64,000 bases of DNA from a virus. Taxonomy: Duplodnaviria > Caudoviricetes. A program made the position numbers and the translations under genes. The notes under the pieces are model-generated. The model was given only the letters and a program-made list of their open reading frames with translations. It did no database searches and was not told the origin of the DNA. Shown one piece after another: positions 8,161-16,529 of the stretch. Numbering within the stretch: position 1 is the stretch's first letter; every line of letters begins with the position of its first letter. The stretch is from the IMG/VR virus record IMGVR_UViG_3300038393_000340, positions 6,372-70,371 of that record; one strand, 5' to 3'.

Positions 8161-8440
8161 CTCCTGTGATGGATACCTAAAGTTTGGGGCACCTTACGAA
8201 TGGGCCTCTCACCCATATCAAACGCTGCCGCGAGTCCTCTGGTACTTGAGTTACCGTAAGGTGGTTGTAGTCAGGTTCAGTAGGCGCCGAATATCCGGAT
8301 TACGTGCCCACTGTAGCTCTTTTCCAACAGTTGGAAGCTTTTCCGGCTCGTGGTCCTGAAAAGAACCAGACGAGCTGAGGGAGGATGGAAAAGCTTCCAA
8401 CTGTGGGCCCTCCCCGGATTGCCGTCCGTACTACAGGAGG
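8161..8440. ncRNA. putative structured RNA or DNA element (nested inverted repeats)
   Basis: Perfect 18-bp IR at 8327-8344/8387-8404 with an inner hairpin; CACCTTACG/CGTAAGGTG stem; CTCCTGT/ACAGGAG at the two ends; no long ORF with an RBS. Confidence 0.55.
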
Positions 8441-8512
8441 GTGGCTATTTGTGTTGAGTGTCTTAACTGTTGCTCTCCCGGTCGCCTTCCGGGTTTCTGC
8501 CTATCGCAGAAC

Positions 8513-9343
8513 TTATGCTGCTGCTTCCGCTTGCGGGGCTTCCACCGTGCCGTCGCCGTTCACGTTGTCCACGCTCAGGTCCACACCGGGGAACACGGCT
8601 GCATACAGCTTCAGCGCTTCTTCCCAGCCAAGTTCACGCAGGGCTTGCGCCGCCGATTGGGTATCCACTTTCGTGGCGATCTGGCCGGACAGGTAGCCCG
8701 CCATCACGTTCTCCAGTGCCACCGAATCGAACTCGGTGCCGGTGTCGGCCTTGGCCTTGTTCAGTGCTTGCTGCACGGTCTCGGCTTGGTCTGTCTTCAG
8801 GTCGAACTTCAGCTTGACCGAATCGCTCGTGGTCTTGGCCGAACCTGCTTCGCCTTCCGGTGCATTAGCTTTCAGCGCGGCTTGGAGTTGGACCACCGTC
8901 AGCTTCTCAGCCTTGGCAACCCACTCTTCCACGTTTTCCGGCGTCAGCACGTCCACGAGGTCTTTCAGCTTGGTCCAGCCCAGCGGTGCCACGATGGACC
9001 ACGGGATTTGCTTGTCGATCAGGCCGGTGTAGATTTTCATCAGGTAGTCGGCCTTGCGCTTCTTGAAGCCGAACTTCTCGTACACGTACTCATCGAACGA
9101 CTCAAAGCCTTCAAACCAGCTTTGCTCGTAGATGCGCTTCAGCACGCCGCCCAGCTTGAAGTAGTTGGTCTCGATGTTCTCGGCCAGCGTCTCGGCCAGC
9201 GACAGCGCCTTTTGGCGGGTCAGGCTTTCGACTTCGGACGCGACATCGAAGAACACGTCACCCGACTTGGTGGACTTCTTGCCCACAACTTTGATTTCAG
9301 GCGCGGCTTCTTGCACCTGCGCACCTTCATTGGTCTCATTCAT
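8513..9343 (-). CDS. putative DNA-binding protein (DUF3102-like region)
   Basis: YFKLGGVLKRIYEQSW...FDEYVYEKFGFKKRKADYLMKIY resembles DUF3102-type helical proteins; has its own promoter. Confidence 0.5.
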   Translation of the reverse strand: MNETNEGAQVQEAAPEIKVVGKKSTKSGDVFFDVASEVESLTRQKALSLAETLAENIETNYFKLGGVLKRIYEQSWFEGFESFDEYVYEKFGFKKRKADYLMKIYTGLIDKQIPWSIVAPLGWTKLKDLVDVLTPENVEEWVAKAEKLTVVQLQAALKANAPEGEAGSAKTTSDSVKLKFDLKTDQAETVQQALNKAKADTGTEFDSVALENVMAGYLSGQIATKVDTQSAAQALRELGWEEALKLYAAVFPGVDLSVDNVNGDGTVEAPQAEAAA

Positions 9344-9386
9344 GGCTTACTCCTTAAAGTGGGTTGGAATCTCAATCGACAGACAC

Positions 9387-9414
9387 AGTGTAACACAGTT
9401 TCTTGGTTTGTCCA
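9387..9414 (-). promoter_or_regulatory. sigma70-type promoter, class I variant
   Basis: TGGACAAACC..., 16-bp spacer, TGn-TACACT. Confidence 0.6.
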
Positions 9415-9439
9415 ACCCTTTTGCACTCAATTGCGCGGG

Positions 9440-10117
9440 TCAGTGGACAGTTTCCTTCTTGGCTTCTTGGAAGAAGCCTTCCGGGTAGTTCTCGGCCACC
9501 TTCTCCATGTTGGCCTTGAAAACTTCCGAGGGGGAAACAGAGAACATATCGTACACCAGTGACCAATACAGCGGAATCATTTTCTGCAAAATATCGGCCA
9601 TTTCTTGATGGATGTGTTCTTCGCGCTTGGCGATAATCTCCATATTCGCCTTGCGTGCATTCTTCAGGATGGCTTCCTGTTCCTCTGGAGCAAGCTTCAG
9701 GACATCCGGCAAGGGTAGTTCAAGCGATTCGTTGAAGACACGGTTCTCCATGGCCAACAGTTCGGTGGCGTAGGTGTCCAGCGTGAGGATGGCCTTGCCA
9801 CGGGTCATGTCTTTCAGGCGGGACTTCTTCGTGGAGCTTGGCAGCTTGGCGCCCACCACCTTGGCAGCAGCGACTAGGAATTGCCCTACGTCACCGATGG
9901 AGTCGAACGCCTGTTTCTTCATGGCTTCGTCAACTGCTTGGCCCAGCAGATAGGGCTGCATATCGGCCAAGAACTTACCGGTGGCGGTCTTGAGGTTTAT
10001 CAGCGCGTACAGCGTGTTGGACCGTGCATTGTTGCGTGCCAGATGGCGCAGTGCGGCCTTGGTCGAGCGCACCGGCAGGGTCTTGGTGATGTTGCGCTTG
10101 TACTCGTTAGTGTTCAC
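9440..10117 (-). CDS. degenerate MazG-like all-alpha NTP pyrophosphatase fold (putative)
   Basis: N-terminal NEY...KT, internal IGDV.QFL and C-terminal PSEVFKANMEKVAENYPEGF resemble phage MazG-like proteins; catalytic Glu residues apparently missing. Confidence 0.45.
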   Translation of the reverse strand: MNTNEYKRNITKTLPVRSTKAALRHLARNNARSNTLYALINLKTATGKFLADMQPYLLGQAVDEAMKKQAFDSIGDVGQFLVAAAKVVGAKLPSSTKKSRLKDMTRGKAILTLDTYATELLAMENRVFNESLELPLPDVLKLAPEEQEAILKNARKANMEIIAKREEHIHQEMADILQKMIPLYWSLVYDMFSVSPSEVFKANMEKVAENYPEGFFQEAKKETVH

Positions 10118-10595
10118 AGGCTACTCCTTTGAGAGACTTAGATAGGTTGGGATCGGCCTCCAGGGCTTGTCCCATCTTTGCCAGAGCAAAGGCGTCCACG
10201 ATGTCATCTGATGCCGAAGTAAATCCCCACCGATCCAGCACAGAAGCGGCCATGTCGGGCTTCTTGGCGTTGCCTTTCCCGGTAGTCCATTTCTTGAGTT
10301 GGGTTGGGGGGCATACCCACCATGGCGTGATGCCATGTATGTGAAGTTGGCGGCGCACCATCGTTCCCACCTCAACCATGAGAGCCAAATTGTTGGTGCT
10401 ACCAAGGGCATAGCCCTCGATCACAACGATATTTGGCTTCCATTCGTCCAGTAGATTTCCAATGGATTGCTCGATACAGGTAAGTCGCTTAAAACCTTTG
10501 TACTCCTTGAAGTGAACCAGTTTAGATAAAACTGAGTCATTGTCAAGCATCACACAACCAACGTACGTACTCGCATCAATTCCCAGGACCTTCAT
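10107..10595 (-). CDS. ruvC: RuvC-like Holliday junction resolvase
   Basis: VLGID, VVIEG, PTQLKKWTTGKGNAKK, DDIVDAFALA motifs. Confidence 0.9.
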   Translation of the reverse strand: MKVLGIDASTYVGCVMLDNDSVLSKLVHFKEYKGFKRLTCIEQSIGNLLDEWKPNIVVIEGYALGSTNNLALMVEVGTMVRRQLHIHGITPWWVCPPTQLKKWTTGKGNAKKPDMAASVLDRWGFTSASDDIVDAFALAKMGQALEADPNLSKSLKGVACEH

Positions 10596-11497
10596 GCTGC
10601 TTCCTTTTCATGGATTTTTCCGGCTGGATACGCACCAGAAAAGCACTCCTTGGCGCAGCCACACTTCTTGGCGTTGGTGTCCATGGCCGTGTTGCAGATA
10701 CCATGGGGGATTTCTCCCTTGGAGCGGAAGATTTTAACGATCTTGGCTTTTTCAAGGTAGGGCTCAACAGACTTGTCATCACGTTGCACCACGAATTCCT
10801 TGAATGGAACAATTTCCCCTGAGACTGTGTTTTTCTTGCCATACCCACGCGAGATATAGAAGACACGGGCTTCTTGCAAGTTCACGCGAGTCTTGTACAT
10901 GGAGTCTGACTCTTCGATGATCTTCATGTACATGGACGTGCGGATTCGGTGCTCGGCCAGCGGGGCGGCAATCTCCACGAAGTCTTCCGCCTTGATAATC
11001 TTCAGTTCCGTCACGAATAACTTGGGGGCTAGCAAGTCCATGATGGCGTCCAGACTTCCCGACACGGCATGCTCTTGGGACACAAACTTCACTTCGTCGT
11101 AGGTCCAGTCGCACCCTCCCTTCAAGCTGGTGGTGCACCCATCCTTGGGCTTGCACGTGAAATTCCTTCTATCACCACAGCGGCGGCATTTCCAATTGCC
11201 AATAATGTGCTCACCGGCCCACTTGTCCGTGAACAGTTGAGCGGTGGCATTGCCGACATCGAAAGTGGCTTGCATGGCGGTGGATATATATTCGTCCTTC
11301 TTCTCTCCGCCTGTGATGTCAAGCAATGCATATTGACGTGGGCAAAAGTTGGGCTTAGTCACATCCGATGCATGGACGGTCTTGTGGCTGCGCGCCTTGG
11401 CGTATCCACCCACGTTCTGGCTCATGATCTTCAATATCGAAGTTTTGGGTGCCAGTGCATCGCTTACCGCTTGCTGAAGGAATTTCATTCCGGCCAT
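10592..11497 (-). CDS. Cas4-like PD-(D/E)xK exonuclease
   Basis: HASD...CPRQ, E...GSLD...ELK, C-terminal Cys cluster, extra CxxC insert; start re-called at MAGMKF (TGATG overlap). Confidence 0.8.
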   Translation of the reverse strand: MAGMKFLQQAVSDALAPKTSILKIMSQNVGGYAKARSHKTVHASDVTKPNFCPRQYALLDITGGEKKDEYISTAMQATFDVGNATAQLFTDKWAGEHIIGNWKCRRCGDRRNFTCKPKDGCTTSLKGGCDWTYDEVKFVSQEHAVSGSLDAIMDLLAPKLFVTELKIIKAEDFVEIAAPLAEHRIRTSMYMKIIEESDSMYKTRVNLQEARVFYISRGYGKKNTVSGEIVPFKEFVVQRDDKSVEPYLEKAKIVKIFRSKGEIPHGICNTAMDTNAKKCGCAKECFSGAYPAGKIHEKEAA

Positions 11498-11688
11498 CAA
11501 AGCACCTTTACGTTTCGTTGACGTTGGCGGTTGTAGCCATATGGGCGGTCCCGCTTGGGTTCTTGTTTCTCGCCATAGCACAAGGTTTCGATGCGCGGGT
11601 CCTCAGCACTCCTAAATTCCTTGCCGCAATTTTTGCACTTGATTGCGCCACCAGATGGGCTCAACTCATGATAGTGAAGAACGAACAT
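11497..11688 (-). CDS. small CxxC protein
   Basis: 63-aa ORF with CKNC, tiles between neighbours. Confidence 0.5.
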   Translation of the reverse strand: MFVLHYHELSPSGGAIKCKNCGKEFRSAEDPRIETLCYGEKQEPKRDRPYGYNRQRQRNVKVL

Positions 11689-12077
11689 TATTCCTCCGTC
11701 AATTCGTCAAACACACGACGAGGAACCATGACCCACTCACTGGTCCCAGGCTGGGGCTTCCCATCAGGAAGCACGAAGGAAACCGTCAGGGCGGGTTTCA
11801 GGCCACAGCACAGCGCCTCATGGTTGATCTTGACCAGCCAGCCTTGGTCAATGCTGATGGAGCCATGGATGGTGGACTTCGATTCGATCAAGAAATCACC
11901 CTTGCGCATGTCTCCCTTGGAGCCACGGGTAGCACCACTGTTCGGGGTAAGACGGGCGCCACTGGCTTTGGCGATGCGCTTTTCTGATTCCTTGCCATGG
12001 CCGTTGGTGCCACGAGCTTTGGCCCGCTTCATGAATGGAGAGTCTTCGATGCTCATTTCGCCACTCCTTGGAACCAT
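11688..12077 (-). CDS. PD-(D/E)xK endonuclease, Hjc-type resolvase-like
   Basis: GKESEKRIAK...PNSGA...KGD...FLIESKST. Confidence 0.75.
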   Translation of the reverse strand: MVPRSGEMSIEDSPFMKRAKARGTNGHGKESEKRIAKASGARLTPNSGATRGSKGDMRKGDFLIESKSTIHGSISIDQGWLVKINHEALCCGLKPALTVSFVLPDGKPQPGTSEWVMVPRRVFDELTEE

Positions 12078-12184
12078 TTTTCACGGTCGGCACGCAGCTT
12101 TTCAACGATACGAGGTGGGTAATTCAGTTCGGCAAGCCGGGTTTCATGCCATTTACGGAAAGATTCGATTTCTTGCTTGTTCAT
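12053..12184 (-). CDS. small hypothetical protein (43 aa)
   Basis: MNKQEIESFRKWHETRL...; ATGA overlap with the upstream gene. Confidence 0.5.
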   Translation of the reverse strand: MNKQEIESFRKWHETRLAELNYPPRIVEKLRADREKWFQGVAK

Positions 12185-12375
12185 CGTGGGCTCCCCGTCC
12201 GTGTGATCCCACAGTCCTTGCACGTGTAAAAGCCACGGTCCAGCTTCTTGGTCGTGAACGTGCCGTCCGACCTTTCCTTGCGGATGTACCACGGGCGGTT
12301 GTGCAGGAAATACCAGTCGTGGTGTTTCTTCCCGTCCTTGCAGTCGGGCATTTTTTGTTGAGGATGGTAGATCAC
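12181..12375 (-). CDS. small Cys/His protein
   Basis: DCKDGKKHHDW...CKDCG. Confidence 0.55.
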   Translation of the reverse strand: MIYHPQQKMPDCKDGKKHHDWYFLHNRPWYIRKERSDGTFTTKKLDRGFYTCKDCGITRTGSPR

Positions 12376-13481
12376 TTGGCGGCTCCTTCGGCTTCGATGA
12401 GGAATGCTTGGCCTTTCTTAGATGCGATGATGGCCTGCTGGCACTTGACTGCAAACTCAGGTTCGCCCATGTAGGTGTCTTGGAACACGGCCAGAGTCGG
12501 GGAAGAGTGGCCGAATAGTTCCCAGCCCTTGTTGGTCTTGGTCAGGACGCCATAGTGCTGAAGTTGACCCTTGACGTTGTTCCAGCTATTGGAGTCTCCC
12601 ACCACCATACCGTCGTGTGGAACCAACACCATCTTGTATTCGGCCTTGACAGCATTGACGGCAATTTTGGATTTCTTTACCACCATCGTAGTGGCGTTGT
12701 ACGCGGGCATGTCCGGGTTGATCTTCTTGTCCACTTCCTTCACACCATACAGGCGGACGGTCAGGCTGGACAGGAATTTCATGGTGTTACCTCCCGGCAT
12801 CGTCTCCGGGTCACCGAACATCACACCGATCTTGAAGCGGGTCTGGTTCACGAGGATCACGGCAGGGTGGTGCCCACGACGGGCTTCGATGGTCTGCCCG
12901 ATCACGATCTTGTTGCACATACGCTTGATCAGGATGGATGCGGTGCCCACATCGAACTTCTCCACGGACTGTTCCAACTCCTTGGTGGAGGTGACCACGG
13001 CCAGTGAGTCGAGCACCACCAGGGCCACATCTTCCGCCCGCACGACGGCATCCATGGCGTCCACTGCCTCTTCGCCATAGGCAGGCTTGATCAGGATCAA
13101 TTCGTCCACGTCAACACCGAACAGTGCGGCCCACGTGGGATCGAACGTGCCTTCCAAGTCAATCCACACCACCTTGTTGCATGGGGCGGGACGGCGTTGT
13201 GCGTTGGCCACGGCCTTGTAGCACAGGTTGGTTTTACCGCTACTCTCCGGTCCATAGACGATGGAGTAGCGTCCCATGGGGAACCCACCCCCCGTGGCGT
13301 CATCGAACTCCCACACCCCCGTGGGAATGCGCTCCACGTTGGGGATCGTATTGGCTTCCACCACCAAGCCGGGCTTCTCCTTACGGAGTTGGGCCAAGAC
13401 TTGATTGAGTTCGGAGAGTTTCTTTTCTTTCGGCGATTCCTTGATTTCCTCACCGGATGCTTCAACTACCGGCTCCGCCAT
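12372..13481 (-). CDS. recA: RecA/UvsX-like recombinase
   Basis: IPTG...D.ATGGGFPMGR, Walker A GPESSGKT, WIDLE, VVLDSLA, NQTR.KIGVMFGDPETMPGG..KF. Confidence 0.95.
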   Translation of the reverse strand: MAEPVVEASGEEIKESPKEKKLSELNQVLAQLRKEKPGLVVEANTIPNVERIPTGVWEFDDATGGGFPMGRYSIVYGPESSGKTNLCYKAVANAQRRPAPCNKVVWIDLEGTFDPTWAALFGVDVDELILIKPAYGEEAVDAMDAVVRAEDVALVVLDSLAVVTSTKELEQSVEKFDVGTASILIKRMCNKIVIGQTIEARRGHHPAVILVNQTRFKIGVMFGDPETMPGGNTMKFLSSLTVRLYGVKEVDKKINPDMPAYNATTMVVKKSKIAVNAVKAEYKMVLVPHDGMVVGDSNSWNNVKGQLQHYGVLTKTNKGWELFGHSSPTLAVFQDTYMGEPEFAVKCQQAIIASKKGQAFLIEAEGAAK

Positions 13482-13511
13482 CTTCACACCGCCAATGCTC
13501 AGTCCCATGGT

Positions 13512-13886
13512 CTATCCCTTGATTTGTTTCACAGCGTTGATGATCTTTTCAGAGACCCAATCAGAAACGAATTCAAATGTTTCTTCTAATTGGGCCTTAT
13601 CGCATGGCATTTCAAGGGAAATATCCAAACGGACAGTTTCATAGGGTGCGGTGCTGATGGTTTGGCCACCACTCACGCGAACCTTGCACGGCTCACCAGA
13701 GGTTTGAATTCCCTTGTGCACCGTTACTGTTTCTTCCAATAGGGTTGTTTCACTCTTGGTCCCGTCCTTGTGTGTCTTGGTCTGAATGGCATCCACCTTG
13801 GCCACAGCGGGATTCAGGTGGATATCATACGGGTTTGCCTTGGGTTTGCTTACCACATTCTTGTTGATATTGAGGCCCATGTTCAA
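13512..13886 (-). CDS. hypothetical protein
   Basis: 124-aa ORF within the replication operon. Confidence 0.75.
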   Translation of the reverse strand: MNMGLNINKNVVSKPKANPYDIHLNPAVAKVDAIQTKTHKDGTKSETTLLEETVTVHKGIQTSGEPCKVRVSGGQTISTAPYETVRLDISLEMPCDKAQLEETFEFVSDWVSEKIINAVKQIKG

Positions 13887-14305
13887 TTCCAGTTGGCATG
13901 AATGAAGTTGGTCACGTCTTGCAGTTTCTCCCGGCTAGCTCGTGACAGGCGCTTGCCGTGTTCCTTGAGGAATTGTTGGAGAGCACCTAACAACCCTAGT
14001 TGAGTGTCGGTGAACAAAAGGTTGCGTCCCACTTTCATTGGTTCGGGGAAGTAGTCCTTCTTTCTCCACTCACGGAGAGTCCACACCGTCACGTCCAGGT
14101 GCTTGGCCATATCTTGCAAGGTATGGTTGTAGCCTGCCGGACGCTGATTCAGTGCGCGGTGCTTTTCCAGTTGTTTGGCCTTACGGTCCAGTGCCTTTTG
14201 CCGGTACTCCGGGTCGTTCTGGTAACGTTCACGACGTTTCTCGGCCAATTCGTGTTTATGGTTCTTATACCACCGCTGGTATGCGGTTTCTTGCTGGTCA
14301 TTCAT
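13883..14305 (-). CDS. MerR/excisionase-like HTH DNA-binding protein
   Basis: TLQDMAKHLDVTVWTLREWRKKDYFPEP...GRNLLFT. Confidence 0.75.
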   Translation of the reverse strand: MNDQQETAYQRWYKNHKHELAEKRRERYQNDPEYRQKALDRKAKQLEKHRALNQRPAGYNHTLQDMAKHLDVTVWTLREWRKKDYFPEPMKVGRNLLFTDTQLGLLGALQQFLKEHGKRLSRASREKLQDVTNFIHANWN

Positions 14306-14316
14306 TTCTAACTCCT

Positions 14317-15612
14317 TTAATCCATTTTTACTACCTTGTGTTTGCCCTTGAAGTACTGATGCTCACGCTTCAGGTAATAACCTTGAAGAATGCTATGGTT
14401 GTCTACCAAGTCCAGAGCTACGGGCTCCTTTTTGCCTTCCTTCTTGCGAAGGATGCGGCCCAAGGATTGTTCTATTTCCGCATGAGGGGTTAGAAATACG
14501 AGAGTATCCCAAGCTGGGTTATCGGTTCCTTCAGAGCACATCTTATAGGTGCCCAAACACACACGGGCTTTCTTTGCTGCTTCCAATTCAGCCTTGGTCC
14601 GGCCCCCAACATAGAAGTCCATCAGGTCACCGGGGATTCCATTTTGAGCCAATAGATGAAACAGGGGCTTCAGGTGATCATCCAGTAAATCGGATAGCAG
14701 CAGGATATTGCGGCCAGCCTTGAATGCCGACACCGTGAATTCAACGGCGTGCATGTTGCGCTCCTTATCCTTGGCCATCAGCTTGTACACATGCATAAGC
14801 TTTCCGGGTTGGAGCGGCATCTTGGGTGGTTTCCACCCTGTACGACGGACGAGAATCTTGGCGTGCATGGGAATGGAGGTTCCGCGCACCATGACTTCAC
14901 CAATATGTCCTTCGATGATCTCCCACTTGCCATCCCCACGCTTGGTGGTGGCGGAGAATCCAAGGCGCAGCTTGGCGTACAACATTTGACAGGCTTGCAC
15001 GAACGAGTCAGCAGCCATGCGGTGCACCTCGTCAAAGATCACCAACCCAAAATACTTGTACATTTCCGGGGGGTATTTGTCCGGAATGATGATCGAATGC
15101 ACCATGGCGATCACAAAACGCTTGCCCACGTAGTCACACTTGTTCTGCTGGATGTGGCCAATCTCATGGGCAGGAATCCCCATCAGGTGGATGAGAGTAT
15201 CCCTCCAGCTATGAACCAAATCTTCCTTGGTCACGAGGATGAGGGTTGCCTCCCCCACAGCGCCAGCGACAGCCACGCCACAGTAGGTCTTGCCAAATCC
15301 GGTAGGAGCTTCAAAGACGTGGCTGTATCCATGCTCCAGCAAAGCAATTGATTTGGCAATCAGCTTGGCTTGCTCGTCGTCACGTGGCGGCTTCGCGCAA
15401 TTGATTGCGCCAAGTTGGTTGCTCGTCCGGTAGTCTGTCTTTCCGAGAGGTGCGAGGTTTCTCGGCACAAACAGCGTTCCTCCATCCTTCACAGACACGT
15501 TGACCACTTCTCCAAACTTCGGTTTGAACAGGAATGCGGCTTCCAGTTCCGGGGAGTAGGGAAAGGCCGACATGGCGCCGGTACTGATGGGAAGTTGTTG
15601 AGTCAGAAACAT
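14317..15612 (-). CDS. superfamily 2 DExH helicase (UvsW/Rad25-like)
   Basis: APTGFGKT, IFDEVH, GFSAT, EG.DNP..D, QSLGRILR. Confidence 0.93.
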   Translation of the reverse strand: MFLTQQLPISTGAMSAFPYSPELEAAFLFKPKFGEVVNVSVKDGGTLFVPRNLAPLGKTDYRTSNQLGAINCAKPPRDDEQAKLIAKSIALLEHGYSHVFEAPTGFGKTYCGVAVAGAVGEATLILVTKEDLVHSWRDTLIHLMGIPAHEIGHIQQNKCDYVGKRFVIAMVHSIIIPDKYPPEMYKYFGLVIFDEVHRMAADSFVQACQMLYAKLRLGFSATTKRGDGKWEIIEGHIGEVMVRGTSIPMHAKILVRRTGWKPPKMPLQPGKLMHVYKLMAKDKERNMHAVEFTVSAFKAGRNILLLSDLLDDHLKPLFHLLAQNGIPGDLMDFYVGGRTKAELEAAKKARVCLGTYKMCSEGTDNPAWDTLVFLTPHAEIEQSLGRILRKKEGKKEPVALDLVDNHSILQGYYLKREHQYFKGKHKVVKMD

Positions 15613-15625
15613 TCACACTCCTTGG

Positions 15626-15650
15626 AAAAAAGCCCACCTTGTGGGTGGGC
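15626..15650 (-). terminator. rho-independent terminator after SSB
   Basis: GCCCACC/GGTGGGC stem plus 6 U on the minus strand. Confidence 0.75.
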
Positions 15651-15670
15651 CTTGACTGCGTGTTGATGGA

Positions 15671-16441
15671 TTACAGTTGGTCGGAGTAATCCACCTTGCT
15701 ACCGGCGTTGCCACCCGGCGCCGAACCGCTGAAGCCCGACATGCCGCCCGTGGCGTTGCCCTTGCCGAAGCCCATCTTGCGCAGTTCCATTTCATCGCGG
15801 AAGATGATTTCTTCCTCGTAGTTCGCGGGCTCAAAGTCGCAGACGGTGTGCTTGTTGCCGTCCTTGTCTTCGTAGGTGCGGGTGTACTTCGCCTTCAGCA
15901 ACTCGATGTCCTGTTTGTCCGTGAAGTCGAACAGGTTGCCCACTGCCGGGGCCTTGTCGCCATTACGCGACACATCGAAGCGGCAACCGGCCAGTCCACC
16001 ACGCTTGATGGCCAATTTGTTCAGCAGTTCAAAGGTTTGGCCTTTGCACACGAACAGGCGGCGTTGGTTGGCATACACCTTGTCGTCCTTGCCCTTGAAC
16101 GAACGGTGGTCGATCACGGTGAGCACGGCCACGAGGGATGCCTTCTCACCCTGCTCGCAAATCGGGCATTTCTGGCCACTGCCAGGGTTGGTCTGTTCCG
16201 GGCACACGTGGGTTTGCCATTGCCCGGCCACCTTCACCATGTGTTCGTAGAAACGCGGGGGCAGGAGGAACCCTTCCGGGGACAGATCACCGTCCACGAA
16301 AGTCAGTGCGGCGTCTTCCTTGTCCTTCAGGAACCAGCGGTACAGCTTGCCTTGTTGCGACTTGCGGAGTTCTTGTGCTGCTTCTTCTTGCTTGGCGAGG
16401 TCTGCCGATGCAGCGCCTTGTTTCATCCATGACACGGCCAT
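15671..16441 (-). CDS. T4 gp32-like single-stranded DNA-binding protein
   Basis: EH...HVC...CPIC zinc module, LTVID, Gly-rich and acidic tail, position in the replication module. Confidence 0.7.
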   Translation of the reverse strand: MAVSWMKQGAASADLAKQEEAAQELRKSQQGKLYRWFLKDKEDAALTFVDGDLSPEGFLLPPRFYEHMVKVAGQWQTHVCPEQTNPGSGQKCPICEQGEKASLVAVLTVIDHRSFKGKDDKVYANQRRLFVCKGQTFELLNKLAIKRGGLAGCRFDVSRNGDKAPAVGNLFDFTDKQDIELLKAKYTRTYEDKDGNKHTVCDFEPANYEEEIIFRDEMELRKMGFGKGNATGGMSGFSGSAPGGNAGSKVDYSDQL

Positions 16442-16499
16442 TATTTTCACCTTGGAAAATTGAGATTAAGGGAGTTTGTTGTCCTCACGGGACAGGTCC

Positions 16500-16529
16500 A
16501 TACTAACCCAAGACGACTTAGTTTGTCAA
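16500..16529 (-). promoter_or_regulatory. sigma70-type promoter, class I
   Basis: TTTGACAAAC..., TTGACA-18bp-TAGTAT. Confidence 0.6.

Noticed and set aside
8161-8440. Retron or tRNA/tmRNA call for the structured element
   Set aside because: No reverse transcriptase in the window, and no tRNA T-loop/CCA or tmRNA termini recognised; kept only as an unclassified structured element.
10592-11497. CRISPR-Cas system suggested by the Cas4-like gene
   Set aside because: No repeat-spacer array or other cas genes; the 14-bp repeats are dispersed at kilobase spacing, not arrayed.
12185-12454. N-terminal 90 codons of the 133-aa ORF 12053-12454
   Set aside because: Overlaps the 3' end of RecA and ORF 12181-12375 in other frames; only the last 43 codons have their own coupled start.
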